Below are positions 39,491-51,152 of a stretch of DNA of 64,000 nucleotides, one piece after another (the first letter of the stretch is position 1; the number at the start of each line of letters is the position of its first letter). The position numbers and the translations under genes are program-made. The notes under the pieces are model-generated. The model was not told the origin of the DNA, ran no database searches, and worked only from the letters and a program-made list of their open reading frames with translations. Origin of the DNA: Rhodospirillaceae bacterium (GTDB lineage: Bacteria; Pseudomonadota; Alphaproteobacteria; MPNO01; VGEU01); contig JBFWQM010000003.1 of NCBI GenBank assembly GCA_050249455.1, forward strand, positions 10,383-74,382. Direction: 5' to 3'.

Positions 39491-41853
39491 GGCGCTGACG
39501 CCGGCGTCAGGACGAGCGTGTCCCAGGCGCCGCCCTCGCCGAGGCGGAAATAGCCGCCGTCGCGCCACCGCTCGGTGGTGTCGCGGTAATGGGCGGACAG
39601 GGGATTGCCCGATTGGCCGGTGGCGATCATGAACCGCGAGCCGGCGAGATCGGCGAGGTCGTAGACCGCGCGCAGGCCGGGGCCATGGACGTCGGCATAG
39701 GGCGTCGCCTCGCTGCTGATGCGGGGCTGCGCCCGGTTCACGGTGTGCGCGCCGCCGTCGGTCTCGATGACGATGTCGGCGAGGTCGCGCAGCACCGGCA
39801 CCCAGCCGAACAGGCCATGGCGGAAGCGCGCGACATGGGCGTCGCCCCAGCGCCAGCCGGCGATGTCATCGCCGTGGGCGCGCGCCAGCTCGTCCAGCGC
39901 CTGCCCCAGCGCCGCGCGTACCTGCGCCGGGCAGGTCTCCGCCCCCGGCGTCGCGATGTCGTCGCACCAGGCGGTGCGGTTGCCCAGCATGCGCCGGACC
40001 ACCAGGGGGCGCAGCGACCAGTAGTCGGCGAACTGCGGACCGAGCTCGTCGGCATAGAGCGCGCGGTTCAGCGCCCGCAGCCATGCGGTGTAGATCAGTG
40101 GCTCCGGCCGGTCGCGGTCCATCGCGCCGTCCCACCGCCGCAGCAGCGCGACGGCCGCTCCGGCGCGGCCCTCGAACGGCCCGGCGGCGAGCAGGACCGG
40201 CATCAGGTCGGCCACGTCGAGCGAGATGACGTCGTTCTGCAGCGCGGCGGCGGTCTCGACCGTTTGGCGCGGCACGGCGTCGAGGCGGTCGAAGATGCGC
40301 TTCGCCCGATAGGGCTCGGACCAGCCGTTGCCCAGCCAATAGGGGTAGTCGGGGCCGACGATGCGGTGGTTGGCGTTGACGATGCGCCCGCTCGCCGGTC
40401 GAAAGCTTTGCGGCAGCTCCTCGAACGGGATGAAGCCCGACCACCCGTAGGCGTCGTCCCATCCCGGCACGGGCACGAGGCCGCGGCCGCTGCGCCGCAC
40501 CGGCACCAGCCCCGGGGCGATGAAGCCGATATTGCCGTCGATGTCGGCGTAGAAGAGGTTCTGCTGCGGCGCGTGCCAGCGCCGCAGCGCGTCGAGGGCG
40601 CCGTCCCAGTCGCGGGCGCGGTTGAGGCGGAAGGCCGCCTCCGCCGTGGTGTCGTCGGCGCGCAGGCCCGTCCATGCCAGCGCCACGACCTGCCCGGCCG
40701 GCGCGGCGGCGGGGTCGAGGTCGGAGACCACCGGCCCGTGGCGGGTGCTGCGCACCGTCATCTCGACGTCGTCGGCGCCGCGCACCTTGATGATCTCGGT
40801 CCGCTCGGCGAAGGGCCGCGGGCCCTCCGGTGTCTCGTAGTGGCCGGGGCGATCGGGCACCAGGCGCTCGAGATAGAGATCCTGGGTGTCGCTCTCGGTC
40901 GTGGTCAGGCCCCAGGCGATCCGCTCGTTGTGGCCGAGGATGGTGAAAGGCACCCCGGGCGCGGTGGCACCCGACACCTCGAGCCCGGGCGCGGTCAGGC
41001 GCGCCAGGTACCAGATGCCCGGCGCGCTGAAGCCGAGATGGGGGTCGTTGGCCAGGATCGGCTTGCCGGTGGCGCTGCGCCGGCCGTCGACCGCCCAGGC
41101 GTTTGACGCGCTGGTCTGGCGCAGCGTCAGCGGCACCGCGTCGATCGTCGCCTGCATCAGCCGGGCGACGGCGGGATCGAGCGCGGCGGACGTCGTCGCC
41201 GGCGCGCCGTCCTGGTCGTCGGGCCACAGGTCGTCCAGCTGCGCCGGCGTCAGCCGATCGGCCAGCCGCGCGCGCAGCACTTCGGTCATCCAGTTCCCGG
41301 TCAGCCGCAGCGCCATCAGGCGGCCCCAGACCAGCGAGTCGGCCGGCCGCCACGGCTCCGGCGCGATCCGCGCGGCGTAGAATTCCGGCGGCCAGGCGCC
41401 GCGGTGGCCGGCGATGTAGGCGTTGACGCCGCGGGCATAGGCTTCCAGCGCCGCCTGCGTCTCCGGCGACAGCGCGGCGAAGCCCGCCGCCGCCAGCGCC
41501 TGCAGCCCGAGCAGGCGCATGAAGCGGTCGGAGCGCAGCGCTGGCGGGCCCGCGATCTCCGCCAGCCGCCCGGCGACCAGCCGCCGCATGCCCTCCATCT
41601 GCCACAGCCGGTCCTGGGCATGCACGTAGCCGAGCCCGAAATAGGCGTCCGCCATCGTCGTCGCGCGGACATGCGGCACCGCGTTGGAGTCGCGCGTGAT
41701 CTCGACCCGCCCGTCGAGGCCGGCGACGCCGACGTCGCCGTCGGTCTGCGGCAGCGAGGTGCGCAGCCACAGATAGCCGGTCGCGAGGACGAGCGCGACG
41801 AAGGCGATCAACCCCGCCGCGATCCGGCCCGTCCAGCGCAGGAGCCGACGCAT
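39487..41853 (-). CDS. Penicillin acylase family (Ntn hydrolase)
   Basis: N-terminal TM anchor, HAQDRLWQM, beta-chain start SNAW, LANDPHL, GQSG. Confidence 0.92.
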   Translation of the reverse strand: MRRLLRWTGRIAAGLIAFVALVLATGYLWLRTSLPQTDGDVGVAGLDGRVEITRDSNAVPHVRATTMADAYFGLGYVHAQDRLWQMEGMRRLVAGRLAEIAGPPALRSDRFMRLLGLQALAAAGFAALSPETQAALEAYARGVNAYIAGHRGAWPPEFYAARIAPEPWRPADSLVWGRLMALRLTGNWMTEVLRARLADRLTPAQLDDLWPDDQDGAPATTSAALDPAVARLMQATIDAVPLTLRQTSASNAWAVDGRRSATGKPILANDPHLGFSAPGIWYLARLTAPGLEVSGATAPGVPFTILGHNERIAWGLTTTESDTQDLYLERLVPDRPGHYETPEGPRPFAERTEIIKVRGADDVEMTVRSTRHGPVVSDLDPAAAPAGQVVALAWTGLRADDTTAEAAFRLNRARDWDGALDALRRWHAPQQNLFYADIDGNIGFIAPGLVPVRRSGRGLVPVPGWDDAYGWSGFIPFEELPQSFRPASGRIVNANHRIVGPDYPYWLGNGWSEPYRAKRIFDRLDAVPRQTVETAAALQNDVISLDVADLMPVLLAAGPFEGRAGAAVALLRRWDGAMDRDRPEPLIYTAWLRALNRALYADELGPQFADYWSLRPLVVRRMLGNRTAWCDDIATPGAETCPAQVRAALGQALDELARAHGDDIAGWRWGDAHVARFRHGLFGWVPVLRDLADIVIETDGGAHTVNRAQPRISSEATPYADVHGPGLRAVYDLADLAGSRFMIATGQSGNPLSAHYRDTTERWRDGGYFRLGEGGAWDTLVLTPASAP

Positions 41854-41973
41854 ACCGTCGCCTCAGGGGCCGGCGCGGCGGCGCGTGCGCCACGGCTTGG
41901 CGGCGCGCCCTTTGCGTGTATGCTCTCCGCCGGGGATTGACGGGGTCACGCGGTGCCAAGAAAACGCGAAGCA

Positions 41974-42063
41974 ATGAACCGGGGACTTCTTGCGATCGCC
42001 CTGATCGCCGGTGTCGCGCTGGTTCTGTACGCCGTGGCGATCTCGCTCAAGCTGCTGCGCTGA
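41974..42063 (+). CDS. Putative 29-aa single-TM small protein
   Basis: ATG...TGA ORF MNRGLLAIALIAGVALVLYAVAISLKLLR; GC3-rich codons; occupies the intergenic gap. Confidence 0.55.
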   Translation: MNRGLLAIALIAGVALVLYAVAISLKLLR

Positions 42064-42072
42064 ACCCACCCG

Positions 42073-44389
<2,317 letters not shown>

Positions 44390-44498
44390 GGCGTTCCTCG
44401 TTGGCGGGCGGGCGCCGGTAGCATGTGGCGGACCGGGGCAACTCTAGCATTTCGCCGATGGCATCCCATAGCTCAGACGCATTCCCGTGAAATGCGAA

Positions 44499-44526
44499 GC
44501 GGCGGCCCCCGGGAGGGGACCGCCGC
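44499..44526 (-). terminator. Putative intrinsic terminator after the PEP-CTERM-like gene
   Basis: 12-bp GC stem with one G-U on the minus strand, followed by TTCGCATTTC. Confidence 0.55.
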
Positions 44527-44549
44527 TCGACGAGACGCCGGCGGGCGCG

Positions 44550-45374
44550 TCAGCGGCGCTTGCGGCGCAGCGCGACGAAGCCGATGAGGCCGGCGGCCAG
44601 GACGCCGAGGCCGCCCGGCGCCGGAACGCTGACCGGGGTGGCGATCAGCTGCGCCGGATCGCCGACCGGGTCGAACGGATCGCCGATCCGCGCGAAGGCG
44701 GTCCGCTCGGTGTCGGCGGTTTCGGCAAAGGCGGACATCTCGTAGCCGATCGTGAAGCCGGCGCCGTTGGCGTAGACGCCGAGGTCGACCGCGGCGGTGA
44801 ACGACGCCCAGTCGGCTTCGCAGCCGCCGGTGACCGGCGTGCCCATGTTGGAATGGGACAGCGTGCAGCCGTCCATCGTGGCGAAGGCCGACCAGATCGG
44901 CGCCCCGTTCAGCAGGATGTCGATCGCGAGGCCGGCGTAGTCGCCGGCGCCGCCCTGAGTGCCGATGCTCGGGTTGGCGACGTAGAACAGGAACTTGTAG
45001 CCGACCTGCGTGCCGGTGTTGTTGGTGACGTTCTCCTCCCAGCTCGCCTTTGCCAGGGAAGAGGCCGCGCCGGACGGGGCGGGGAAGGCGAAGAACGCCT
45101 GGGCCACGCCGCCGTCGTCGTCGTCCTCGCCGTCGACGTCGGCGAAGACGTTCAGCACGCCGGTGCCCCACGCGCTGGCCGACGCATCGCCGTAGTCCCC
45201 GCCGGTGCTCGAGAAAGCGGGGTTGGAATTCGTGCTGTCGGAATTCGCCAAGCCGCCGTTCTCGAAATACTGGACATCGGTCATCACAACCGCCGCCGAG
45301 GCCGAGGCAGTAAAACATGCGAAAACGGCGGCACCGATGACGGTCAGCGTCCCCTTGGTTGAATATCTTTTCAT
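44550..45374 (-). CDS. PEP-CTERM/VPLPA-CTERM-type sorting-signal surface protein
   Basis: N-terminal signal peptide; Gly/Ala/Ser/Thr/Asp-rich body; C-terminal VPAPGGLGVLAAGLIGFVAL-RRKRR; GGAGAA RBS. Confidence 0.85.
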   Translation of the reverse strand: MKRYSTKGTLTVIGAAVFACFTASASAAVVMTDVQYFENGGLANSDSTNSNPAFSSTGGDYGDASASAWGTGVLNVFADVDGEDDDDGGVAQAFFAFPAPSGAASSLAKASWEENVTNNTGTQVGYKFLFYVANPSIGTQGGAGDYAGLAIDILLNGAPIWSAFATMDGCTLSHSNMGTPVTGGCEADWASFTAAVDLGVYANGAGFTIGYEMSAFAETADTERTAFARIGDPFDPVGDPAQLIATPVSVPAPGGLGVLAAGLIGFVALRRKRR

Positions 45375-45435
45375 ATTCTCTCCCATGACCACTACATGAA
45401 CAGTTTCCGGTCGGCCGGTCCGGTCTGCGCGGTTT

Positions 45436-45451
45436 TGCAAGAACCGTGCCA
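45436..45451 (-). promoter_or_regulatory. Sigma-54 (-24/-12) promoter
   Basis: TGGCACGGTTCTTGCA on the minus strand matches TGGCAC-N5-TTGC, about 60 nt upstream of the start. Confidence 0.85.
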
Positions 45452-45514
45452 TTGGAGAGTCGGTCAGTCGCGTCAAAGGGTTGCGCGCACCGCGCCGAGA
45501 GAGTGCGCCGGAGC

Positions 45515-45531
45515 TGTTAAATCCGTCGACA
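45515..45531. promoter_or_regulatory. Putative enhancer-binding-protein site (TGT-N11-ACA)
   Basis: TGTTAAATCCGTCGACA about 65 nt upstream of the sigma-54 site. Confidence 0.6.
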
Positions 45532-45758
45532 CCGTATTTGCCGTAAGCTCATGAATTTACGGGAACTTTTTCGATGAGACCGGGTGGCGGCCGGGGTTTG
45601 CGCCATGCATGGTTGCGGGCGGATTCAGGAGATCGCTAGCGTCGCCGACAAAGCGGCCGCGACGGTTTGACGGGCCGGGGCTGCTTTTAGGGAATTATTA
45701 AGTTGTATTGACGACCTTTGCGCGATGGCGGCTTGTCGCGACCCGAAAGGTTCTGCCC

Positions 45759-46247
45759 GTGAAGCAATCCTACCTCGACACCATCCTGCTCATCGAGCGG
45801 CTGCACCGGCAGTTCCTCGAAGTGGTCAAGGCGGAGCTCGACCGGCTCGGCATCGAGGACATCAACAACGTCCAGAGCCTGATCCTGCACAACGTCGGCA
45901 CCGAGGAGCTGACGGTGGGCGAGCTGACAAACCGCGGCTACTACCTCGGCTCCAACGTCTCCTACAACGTCAAGAAGATGGTGGAGAACGGCTACCTGGT
46001 GCAGGAGCGTTCCGCGCACGACCGCCGCTCGGTGCGCATCAAGGTCTCCGACAAGGGACTCAAGCTGTGCGAGGTGATCGCGCAGCTCTACGACCGCCAT
46101 GTGGAGAACCTGGCTGGCGGGCCGGTGACCGAGGCCGCGCTGAACGACACGATCGCGTCGCTGCGCCAGCTCGAGCGGTTCTGGGCCGAGGCGCTGGCGT
46201 GGGGGGCACGCCAGCCGGCGGTCAAGCGGCTTTCGCCGGCCGCCTGA
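45759..46247 (+). CDS. ldtR: MarR family regulator, LdtR-like
   Basis: ERLHR..L.V.K.ELDR, DIN.VQ, RGYYLGSNVSYN.KK, DRRSVR. Confidence 0.8.
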   Translation: MKQSYLDTILLIERLHRQFLEVVKAELDRLGIEDINNVQSLILHNVGTEELTVGELTNRGYYLGSNVSYNVKKMVENGYLVQERSAHDRRSVRIKVSDKGLKLCEVIAQLYDRHVENLAGGPVTEAALNDTIASLRQLERFWAEALAWGARQPAVKRLSPAA

Positions 46248-46253
46248 GGCGCG

Positions 46254-47132
46254 TCACCCGGCCAGGACGTCGCGCGGGTCGACGCTGTCCTTCAGCAGCG
46301 ACCGCAGCTTGTTGAGCGCCTTGCCCTCGATTTGGCGGATGCGTTCCTTCGTCACGCCGTAGTCCTCGCCGATCTCGGCCAGCGTCGTCCGCCCATCGCC
46401 CAGGAAGCGGCGCGAGATCACCTGCCGCTCGCGCGGCGTTAGCTTGCCCAGCGCCGCCTTGAGCTCGGTCGCCGACGCGGCGTGGTCGTGCCGGTCGATG
46501 ACGATCGCCTCCGGCGACGGGCCGGGATCGGACAGGAAGTTCTGCAGCTCGTCGGTGTCCTCGCCGCCGATGCCGGCGTTGAGCGACTTGTCGGGCCGCG
46601 ACAGGTGGGCCTCCATCCGCTCCACCGCCTCCACCGGCACCTTGAGGTCGGCCGCAATCGTGCGCCGCTCCGAATCGGTCAGGCTGCCGCCGGGGTTGGA
46701 GGCGATCTTCGCGCGCAGCCGGCGCAGGTTGAAGAACAGGCTCTTCTGCGCCGGGGTCGTGCCGATGCGCACGATCGAGGAATTGCGCACGATGTATTCC
46801 TGGATCGCCGCCAGGATCCACCACGTCGCATAGGTCGAGAAGCGGACCTCGCGCTCCGGGTCGAAGCGGGTCGCCGCCTCCAGGAGGCCGACATTGCCCT
46901 CCTGGATCAGGTCGGCGAGCGGCAGCCCGTAGCCGCGGAATCCCATGGCGATCCTGACCACCAGCCGGATGTGGCTGGTAATCAGTCCGTGCAGGGCGGC
47001 ATTGTCCTTGTTGTCGCGCCAGCGGCGGGCGAGGTCGACCTCGCGCTCGCGCTCGAGGATCGGCGCCACCATTGCGGTGGCGATGTAGCGCCGGTCGTTC
47101 TTGTCGGGGAAGGCACCGGATGACTGGGCCAT
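46254..47132 (-). CDS. rpoH: RNA polymerase sigma-32 family factor (RpoH2-like)
   Basis: GYGLP..DLIQEGN.GL, RFSTYA.WWI, RpoH box AQKSLFFNLRR, TL.EIG..YGVTKERIRQIE. Confidence 0.9.
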   Translation of the reverse strand: MAQSSGAFPDKNDRRYIATAMVAPILEREREVDLARRWRDNKDNAALHGLITSHIRLVVRIAMGFRGYGLPLADLIQEGNVGLLEAATRFDPEREVRFSTYATWWILAAIQEYIVRNSSIVRIGTTPAQKSLFFNLRRLRAKIASNPGGSLTDSERRTIAADLKVPVEAVERMEAHLSRPDKSLNAGIGGEDTDELQNFLSDPGPSPEAIVIDRHDHAASATELKAALGKLTPRERQVISRRFLGDGRTTLAEIGEDYGVTKERIRQIEGKALNKLRSLLKDSVDPRDVLAG

Positions 47133-47158
47133 GGATTGGAGCCCCCAGGGGATATCAG

Positions 47159-47220
47159 TAGCGAGTCGCTATAACCTATGGCGGGTGAGCCGGACCTGCA
47201 AGACTATTATCGACTCGCTA
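47159..47220. promoter_or_regulatory. Twin palindromic operators flanking a putative rpoH promoter
   Basis: TAGCGAGTCGCTA (47159-47171, perfect 6-1-6) and TATCGACTCGCTA (47208-47220); TTGCAG-N17-TAGGTT on the minus strand (47201-47173) lies between them. Confidence 0.65.
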
Positions 47221-47327
47221 CCGCATGGCTGCCAACGAGCCAGGGCATGGCCTGTCCGCGGCAATTGGAAGCGGCGGAATGTCAAAGAACTTCAATGTTG
47301 GGCTAGCCTTTGGGCCGCGCGGGACCT

Positions 47328-47918
47328 ATGTTGCGTGCCACGATGCCTCATCGCCAACGCGCTGCTGAACTGGTGGATCGCCTGGCGCGCACAGCGCACG
47401 GGTTGCAGTTCGCCGACGGGCTTAAGCCGGCGCAGTGGGTGGCGCTGCGCTTCCTGGCGCGCGCCAATCGCTATTCGTGCACGCCTGGCGCGCTGGCCGA
47501 CTTCCTCGGCACGACCAAGGGAACCGCGTCGCAGACGCTGATCGCGCTCGAATCGAAAGGCTACATCGAGCGGGCGAGATCGACGGCCGACCGGCGCTCG
47601 GTGCAGATTTGCCTGACGCCGAAAGGGCAGGCGGCGTTGAACCGCGACCCGCTGTGTGCGGTCCAGCGCGCGATGGCCGAGCTTTCCGACGCCGAGCAGC
47701 TCAAGCTGATCGACTGCCTGCAGCGGCTGCTCAAGCATTTGCAGGGCGAGCTGGGGCAGCCGGCGTTCGGTCCCTGCGCCGATTGCACCAACTTCCGGCC
47801 CGAATGCACCGACGACAGCGGCGCCGCGGTGTGCCGCTGCGGCCTCACCGGCGAGTCGCTGCTGGCCGACGACCTTGCCAAGATCTGCGTCGATTTCGTC
47901 CCCGCCAAGGCGGGCTGA
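47328..47918 (+). CDS. MarR family regulator with Cys-rich C-terminal extension
   Basis: wHTH (GTTKGTASQT..ALE.KG, DRRS..I.LT..G); tail FGPCADC...C...CRC...IC; start 47328 or 47343. Confidence 0.85.
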   Translation: MLRATMPHRQRAAELVDRLARTAHGLQFADGLKPAQWVALRFLARANRYSCTPGALADFLGTTKGTASQTLIALESKGYIERARSTADRRSVQICLTPKGQAALNRDPLCAVQRAMAELSDAEQLKLIDCLQRLLKHLQGELGQPAFGPCADCTNFRPECTDDSGAAVCRCGLTGESLLADDLAKICVDFVPAKAG

Positions 47919-47924
47919 CCTCCC

Positions 47925-48359
47925 TCATCCCGCGCACAGCGCCAGGTAGGCATCCAGCGGCCCGCGTATCTCGGGCGGGATGTCGATCGTCTTCATCGTC
48001 GCCTTCGAGGCGACGCAGGTGACCAAGTTGGCGCGCAGGATCTCGACGCCGTCGTCGTGGCCGACGATCGAATAGTGCATGGACGACCGCCCGACCTTGG
48101 TCAGGACCAGCGTCAGGTCCATGGTCTGGCCCATCTTCCGCGCCACCTTGAAATCGCAGTCGATGTGGACGAAGGGGAACATGCGGTTGTGGACGAAGAA
48201 CTCGTCGGCCATCGGCACGCCGAGCACCGTGTTGAACCATGCCTCGAAGGTGTCGTTGAACATCCGGAAAAACTCGGGGAAGAACACGATCCCCGCGGGG
48301 TCGCAGTGCGCGAACATGATGTCGCGGCGGACGGTGAAGGCGCCGGCAGGCAGGTCCAT
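47925..48359 (-). CDS. Acyl-CoA thioesterase (4HBT/YbgC-like)
   Basis: F.HCDPAGIVFFP, VGRSS hotdog motifs. Confidence 0.87.
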   Translation of the reverse strand: MDLPAGAFTVRRDIMFAHCDPAGIVFFPEFFRMFNDTFEAWFNTVLGVPMADEFFVHNRMFPFVHIDCDFKVARKMGQTMDLTLVLTKVGRSSMHYSIVGHDDGVEILRANLVTCVASKATMKTIDIPPEIRGPLDAYLALCAG

Positions 48360-48502
48360 GACGGATCTCCACTGGATGCGGTCGCGGGCAGTCTAGCGTT
48401 AACGGATCGTTTGCGCGCGCCGGGCAACATCGGGCGCAGGCGCGGCGAGCCCGTGGCGATTCCGCGCCGGTCTGTTACAGTCGAATCCGCAGGCTATCCG
48501 CG

Positions 48503-48709
48503 ATGGGTACCGCAGCGCGCGAGGTGATCGTCGAGTTCCGCCGCGTCGGCAATGCCGTCAAGGTGACGGCGGTGGACCCGGTCTCGCTCGTTGAGGTCTC
48601 GATCGTGGGGTCGCCGGCGACGAGCGAAGCTGAACTCTCCCGCGTCGCGATCCGGAAGCTCGACTACGTGCTCAACCGGCGGCCGGACGGCCGCGGCATC
48701 AAGGTCTGA
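48503..48709 (+). CDS. Conserved small protein (DUF6898-like)
   Basis: EV..EF..VG..VKVTAVDP....EV.I.G pattern, A.RKL.Y. Confidence 0.7.
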   Translation: MGTAAREVIVEFRRVGNAVKVTAVDPVSLVEVSIVGSPATSEAELSRVAIRKLDYVLNRRPDGRGIKV

Positions 48710-48774
48710 GCCCACCGAGGCCGATCGGCGGGCGGCGGCAACGCGCGTGGGACGCCTCAGCCGCGACCGGTCGG

Positions 48775-49689
48775 ATGGAATACTTCCTCCAGCAGCTCAT
48801 CAACGGCATCACGCTCGGCGCCATCTACGGCCTGATCGCCATCGGCTACACGATGGTCTACGGCATCATCGGCATGATCAATTTCGCGCATGGCGAGGTC
48901 TACATGATCGGCGCCTTCGTCGCGCTGATGATGCTGCTGCTGCTGGCGCCGATCGGCGCCGCGGGGATCGCGTTGGCGATCCTGATCGCGCTCGCCGCCT
49001 CGATGATCCTGACCGCCGCCTACGGCTGGACCTTGGAGCGGCTGGCGTACCGGCCGCTGCGGGGCGCGCCGCGCCTGGCGGCGCTGATCTCCGCCATCGG
49101 CATGTCGATCGTGCTGCAGAACTACGTCCAGCTCACCCAGGGCGCGCGGGTGAAGACGCTGCAGCCGCTGGTCGACGGCCGGATGATCCTGATGGAGCAT
49201 GACGGCTTCGCCGTGTCGCTCAGCTACATGCAATTGCTGATCGTGGTGACGACGGTCGTGCTGATGACCGCGTTCTCGCTGGTGATCGGGCGCACCGCGC
49301 TGGGGCGCGCGCAGCGGGCGTGCGAGCAGGACCGCGTGATGGCGGGCCTGCTCGGCATCAACGTCGACCGCACCATCTCGCTCGCCTTCGTGATGGGCGC
49401 CGCGCTGGCCGCCGTCGCCGGGATGATGGTGACGCTCTACTACGGCGTGATCGACTTCTTCATCGGCTTCCTGGCCGGCATCAAGGCGTTCACCGCCGCG
49501 GTGCTGGGGGGCATCGGCTCGCTGCCCGGCGCGATGCTGGGCGGCCTGCTGATCGGGCTGATCGAGACCTTCTGGTCCGGCTACTTCTCCGCCCAGTACA
49601 AGGACGTCGCCACCTTCACCATCCTGGTCCTCGTCCTGATCTTTCGCCCCACCGGCCTGCTCGGCCGCCCGGAGGTCGAGAAGGTCTGA
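48775..49689 (+). CDS. livH: Branched-chain amino acid ABC transporter permease
   Basis: [35 protein letters not shown]. Confidence 0.96.
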   Translation: MEYFLQQLINGITLGAIYGLIAIGYTMVYGIIGMINFAHGEVYMIGAFVALMMLLLLAPIGAAGIALAILIALAASMILTAAYGWTLERLAYRPLRGAPRLAALISAIGMSIVLQNYVQLTQGARVKTLQPLVDGRMILMEHDGFAVSLSYMQLLIVVTTVVLMTAFSLVIGRTALGRAQRACEQDRVMAGLLGINVDRTISLAFVMGAALAAVAGMMVTLYYGVIDFFIGFLAGIKAFTAAVLGGIGSLPGAMLGGLLIGLIETFWSGYFSAQYKDVATFTILVLVLIFRPTGLLGRPEVEKV

Positions 49690-49691
49690 CG

Positions 49692-51152
49692 ATGGACGCC
49701 GGCGCCGCCCACCTCCCGCCGGGCCGCGCCGGCAAACCCGCCGGAACACTCTACGCAACCGTCGCAGACGCGGCGATTGCGGCGCTGATCGCGCTGGCGC
49801 TGGCGCTGCCGTTCGTCGGCATCTACACGGTGCCGGTCGCCGGCGGGATGGAGCTTGGCACGCGCTGGCCCGACCTCGGCGTCGTCGTCGTCACCGTGTT
49901 TGGCGGCCGGCTCGGCCTTTCCCTGGCGCGCGGCGGCCGCGCAATGCCGGGCCTGGCGCTCGGTCTCGGCGGCGTGGCGGCCGGCCTGCTGGCGCCGCTG
50001 CCCGGCCGGACGCTCGGGGTCCTCGTCGTCGCCGCGGGCGGCGTGGTGGCGTTGCGCGCCGTCGCGGCGCTGGTGCGCGGCCGGCGCGACCCCGGCGGGC
50101 CGTCGACCGGCGACCGCGTTTCGGCGGCATTGCGGCGCGCCGAGCCGCTGGTCGCGCCGCTGCTGCTGGTCGCGGCGCTGGCGCTGCCGTTCCTGCCGTT
50201 CGCCGACCGGCGCATCCTCGACCTCGCCGTCCTGGTGCTGACCTACGTGATGCTGGGCTGGGGGCTCAACATCGTGGTCGGGCTCGCCGGCCTGCTCGAC
50301 CTCGGCTACGTCGCGTTCTATGCCGTCGGTGCCTACAGCTTCGCGCTGCTGGCCCACCACCTCGACTGGGGCTTCTGGGCGTGCCTGCCGGTCGCCGGCA
50401 TGCTGGCGGCGCTGTTCGGCATGCTGCTCGGCTTTCCGGTGCTGCGGCTGCGCGGCGACTACCTCGCCATCGTCACGCTCGGCTTCGGCGAGATCATCCG
50501 GATCGTGCTGATCAACTGGACCAGCCTGACCAATGGGCCCAACGGCATCTCCGGCATCCCGCGCCCAACCCTGTTCGGCCTCGACTTCGGTCGCGAGTCG
50601 GCGTCCGGCGGCACGACCTTCCACGCGTTCTTCGGCATCGACTACTCGCCGCTCAACCGGGTGATATTCCTTTATTACCTCGTGCTGGCGCTGGCGCTGG
50701 TGACCAACTTCTTCACCTTGCGCATCCGCAGGCTGCCGCTCGGCCGCGCGTGGGAGGCGCTGCGCGAAGACGAGATCGCCTGCCGCGCGCTCGGCATCAA
50801 CCCGACCAACACCAAGCTGACGGCGTTCGCGATCGGCGCCATGTTCGGCGGCGTCGCCGGCACGTTCTTCGCGACGCGCCAGACCTTCGTCAGCCCGGAG
50901 AGCTTCACCTTCCACGAGTCCGCCATCATCCTGGCCATCGTCGTGCTCGGCGGCATGGGCAGCCAGCTCGGCATCGTGCTGGCGGCGATCCTGCTGATCG
51001 GCGTCCCCGAATGGTTCCGCGAGCTGCAGGACTTCCGCATGCTGGCGTTCGGCGCGGCGATGGTGGCGATCATGGTGTGGCGGCCGCGCGGCCTCCTGTC
51101 GCGGCGCGAGCCGACGCTGCGCCTGTCGCGGTCGCAAGGCGCGCCGCCGTGA
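49692..51152 (+). CDS. livM: Branched-chain amino acid ABC transporter permease
   Basis: [42 protein letters not shown]. Confidence 0.95.
   Translation: MDAGAAHLPPGRAGKPAGTLYATVADAAIAALIALALALPFVGIYTVPVAGGMELGTRWPDLGVVVVTVFGGRLGLSLARGGRAMPGLALGLGGVAAGLLAPLPGRTLGVLVVAAGGVVALRAVAALVRGRRDPGGPSTGDRVSAALRRAEPLVAPLLLVAALALPFLPFADRRILDLAVLVLTYVMLGWGLNIVVGLAGLLDLGYVAFYAVGAYSFALLAHHLDWGFWACLPVAGMLAALFGMLLGFPVLRLRGDYLAIVTLGFGEIIRIVLINWTSLTNGPNGISGIPRPTLFGLDFGRESASGGTTFHAFFGIDYSPLNRVIFLYYLVLALALVTNFFTLRIRRLPLGRAWEALREDEIACRALGINPTNTKLTAFAIGAMFGGVAGTFFATRQTFVSPESFTFHESAIILAIVVLGGMGSQLGIVLAAILLIGVPEWFRELQDFRMLAFGAAMVAIMVWRPRGLLSRREPTLRLSRSQGAPP

Noticed and set aside
44390-44500. SAM riboswitch upstream of metY
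   Set aside because: I could not match SAM-II or SAM-SAH consensus elements by eye; an Infernal/Rfam scan would be decisive
47230-47260. EcfG-type promoter (GGAAC...CGTT) for rpoH
   Set aside because: Only a weak GGACA...CGTT match; the sigma-70-like element fits better
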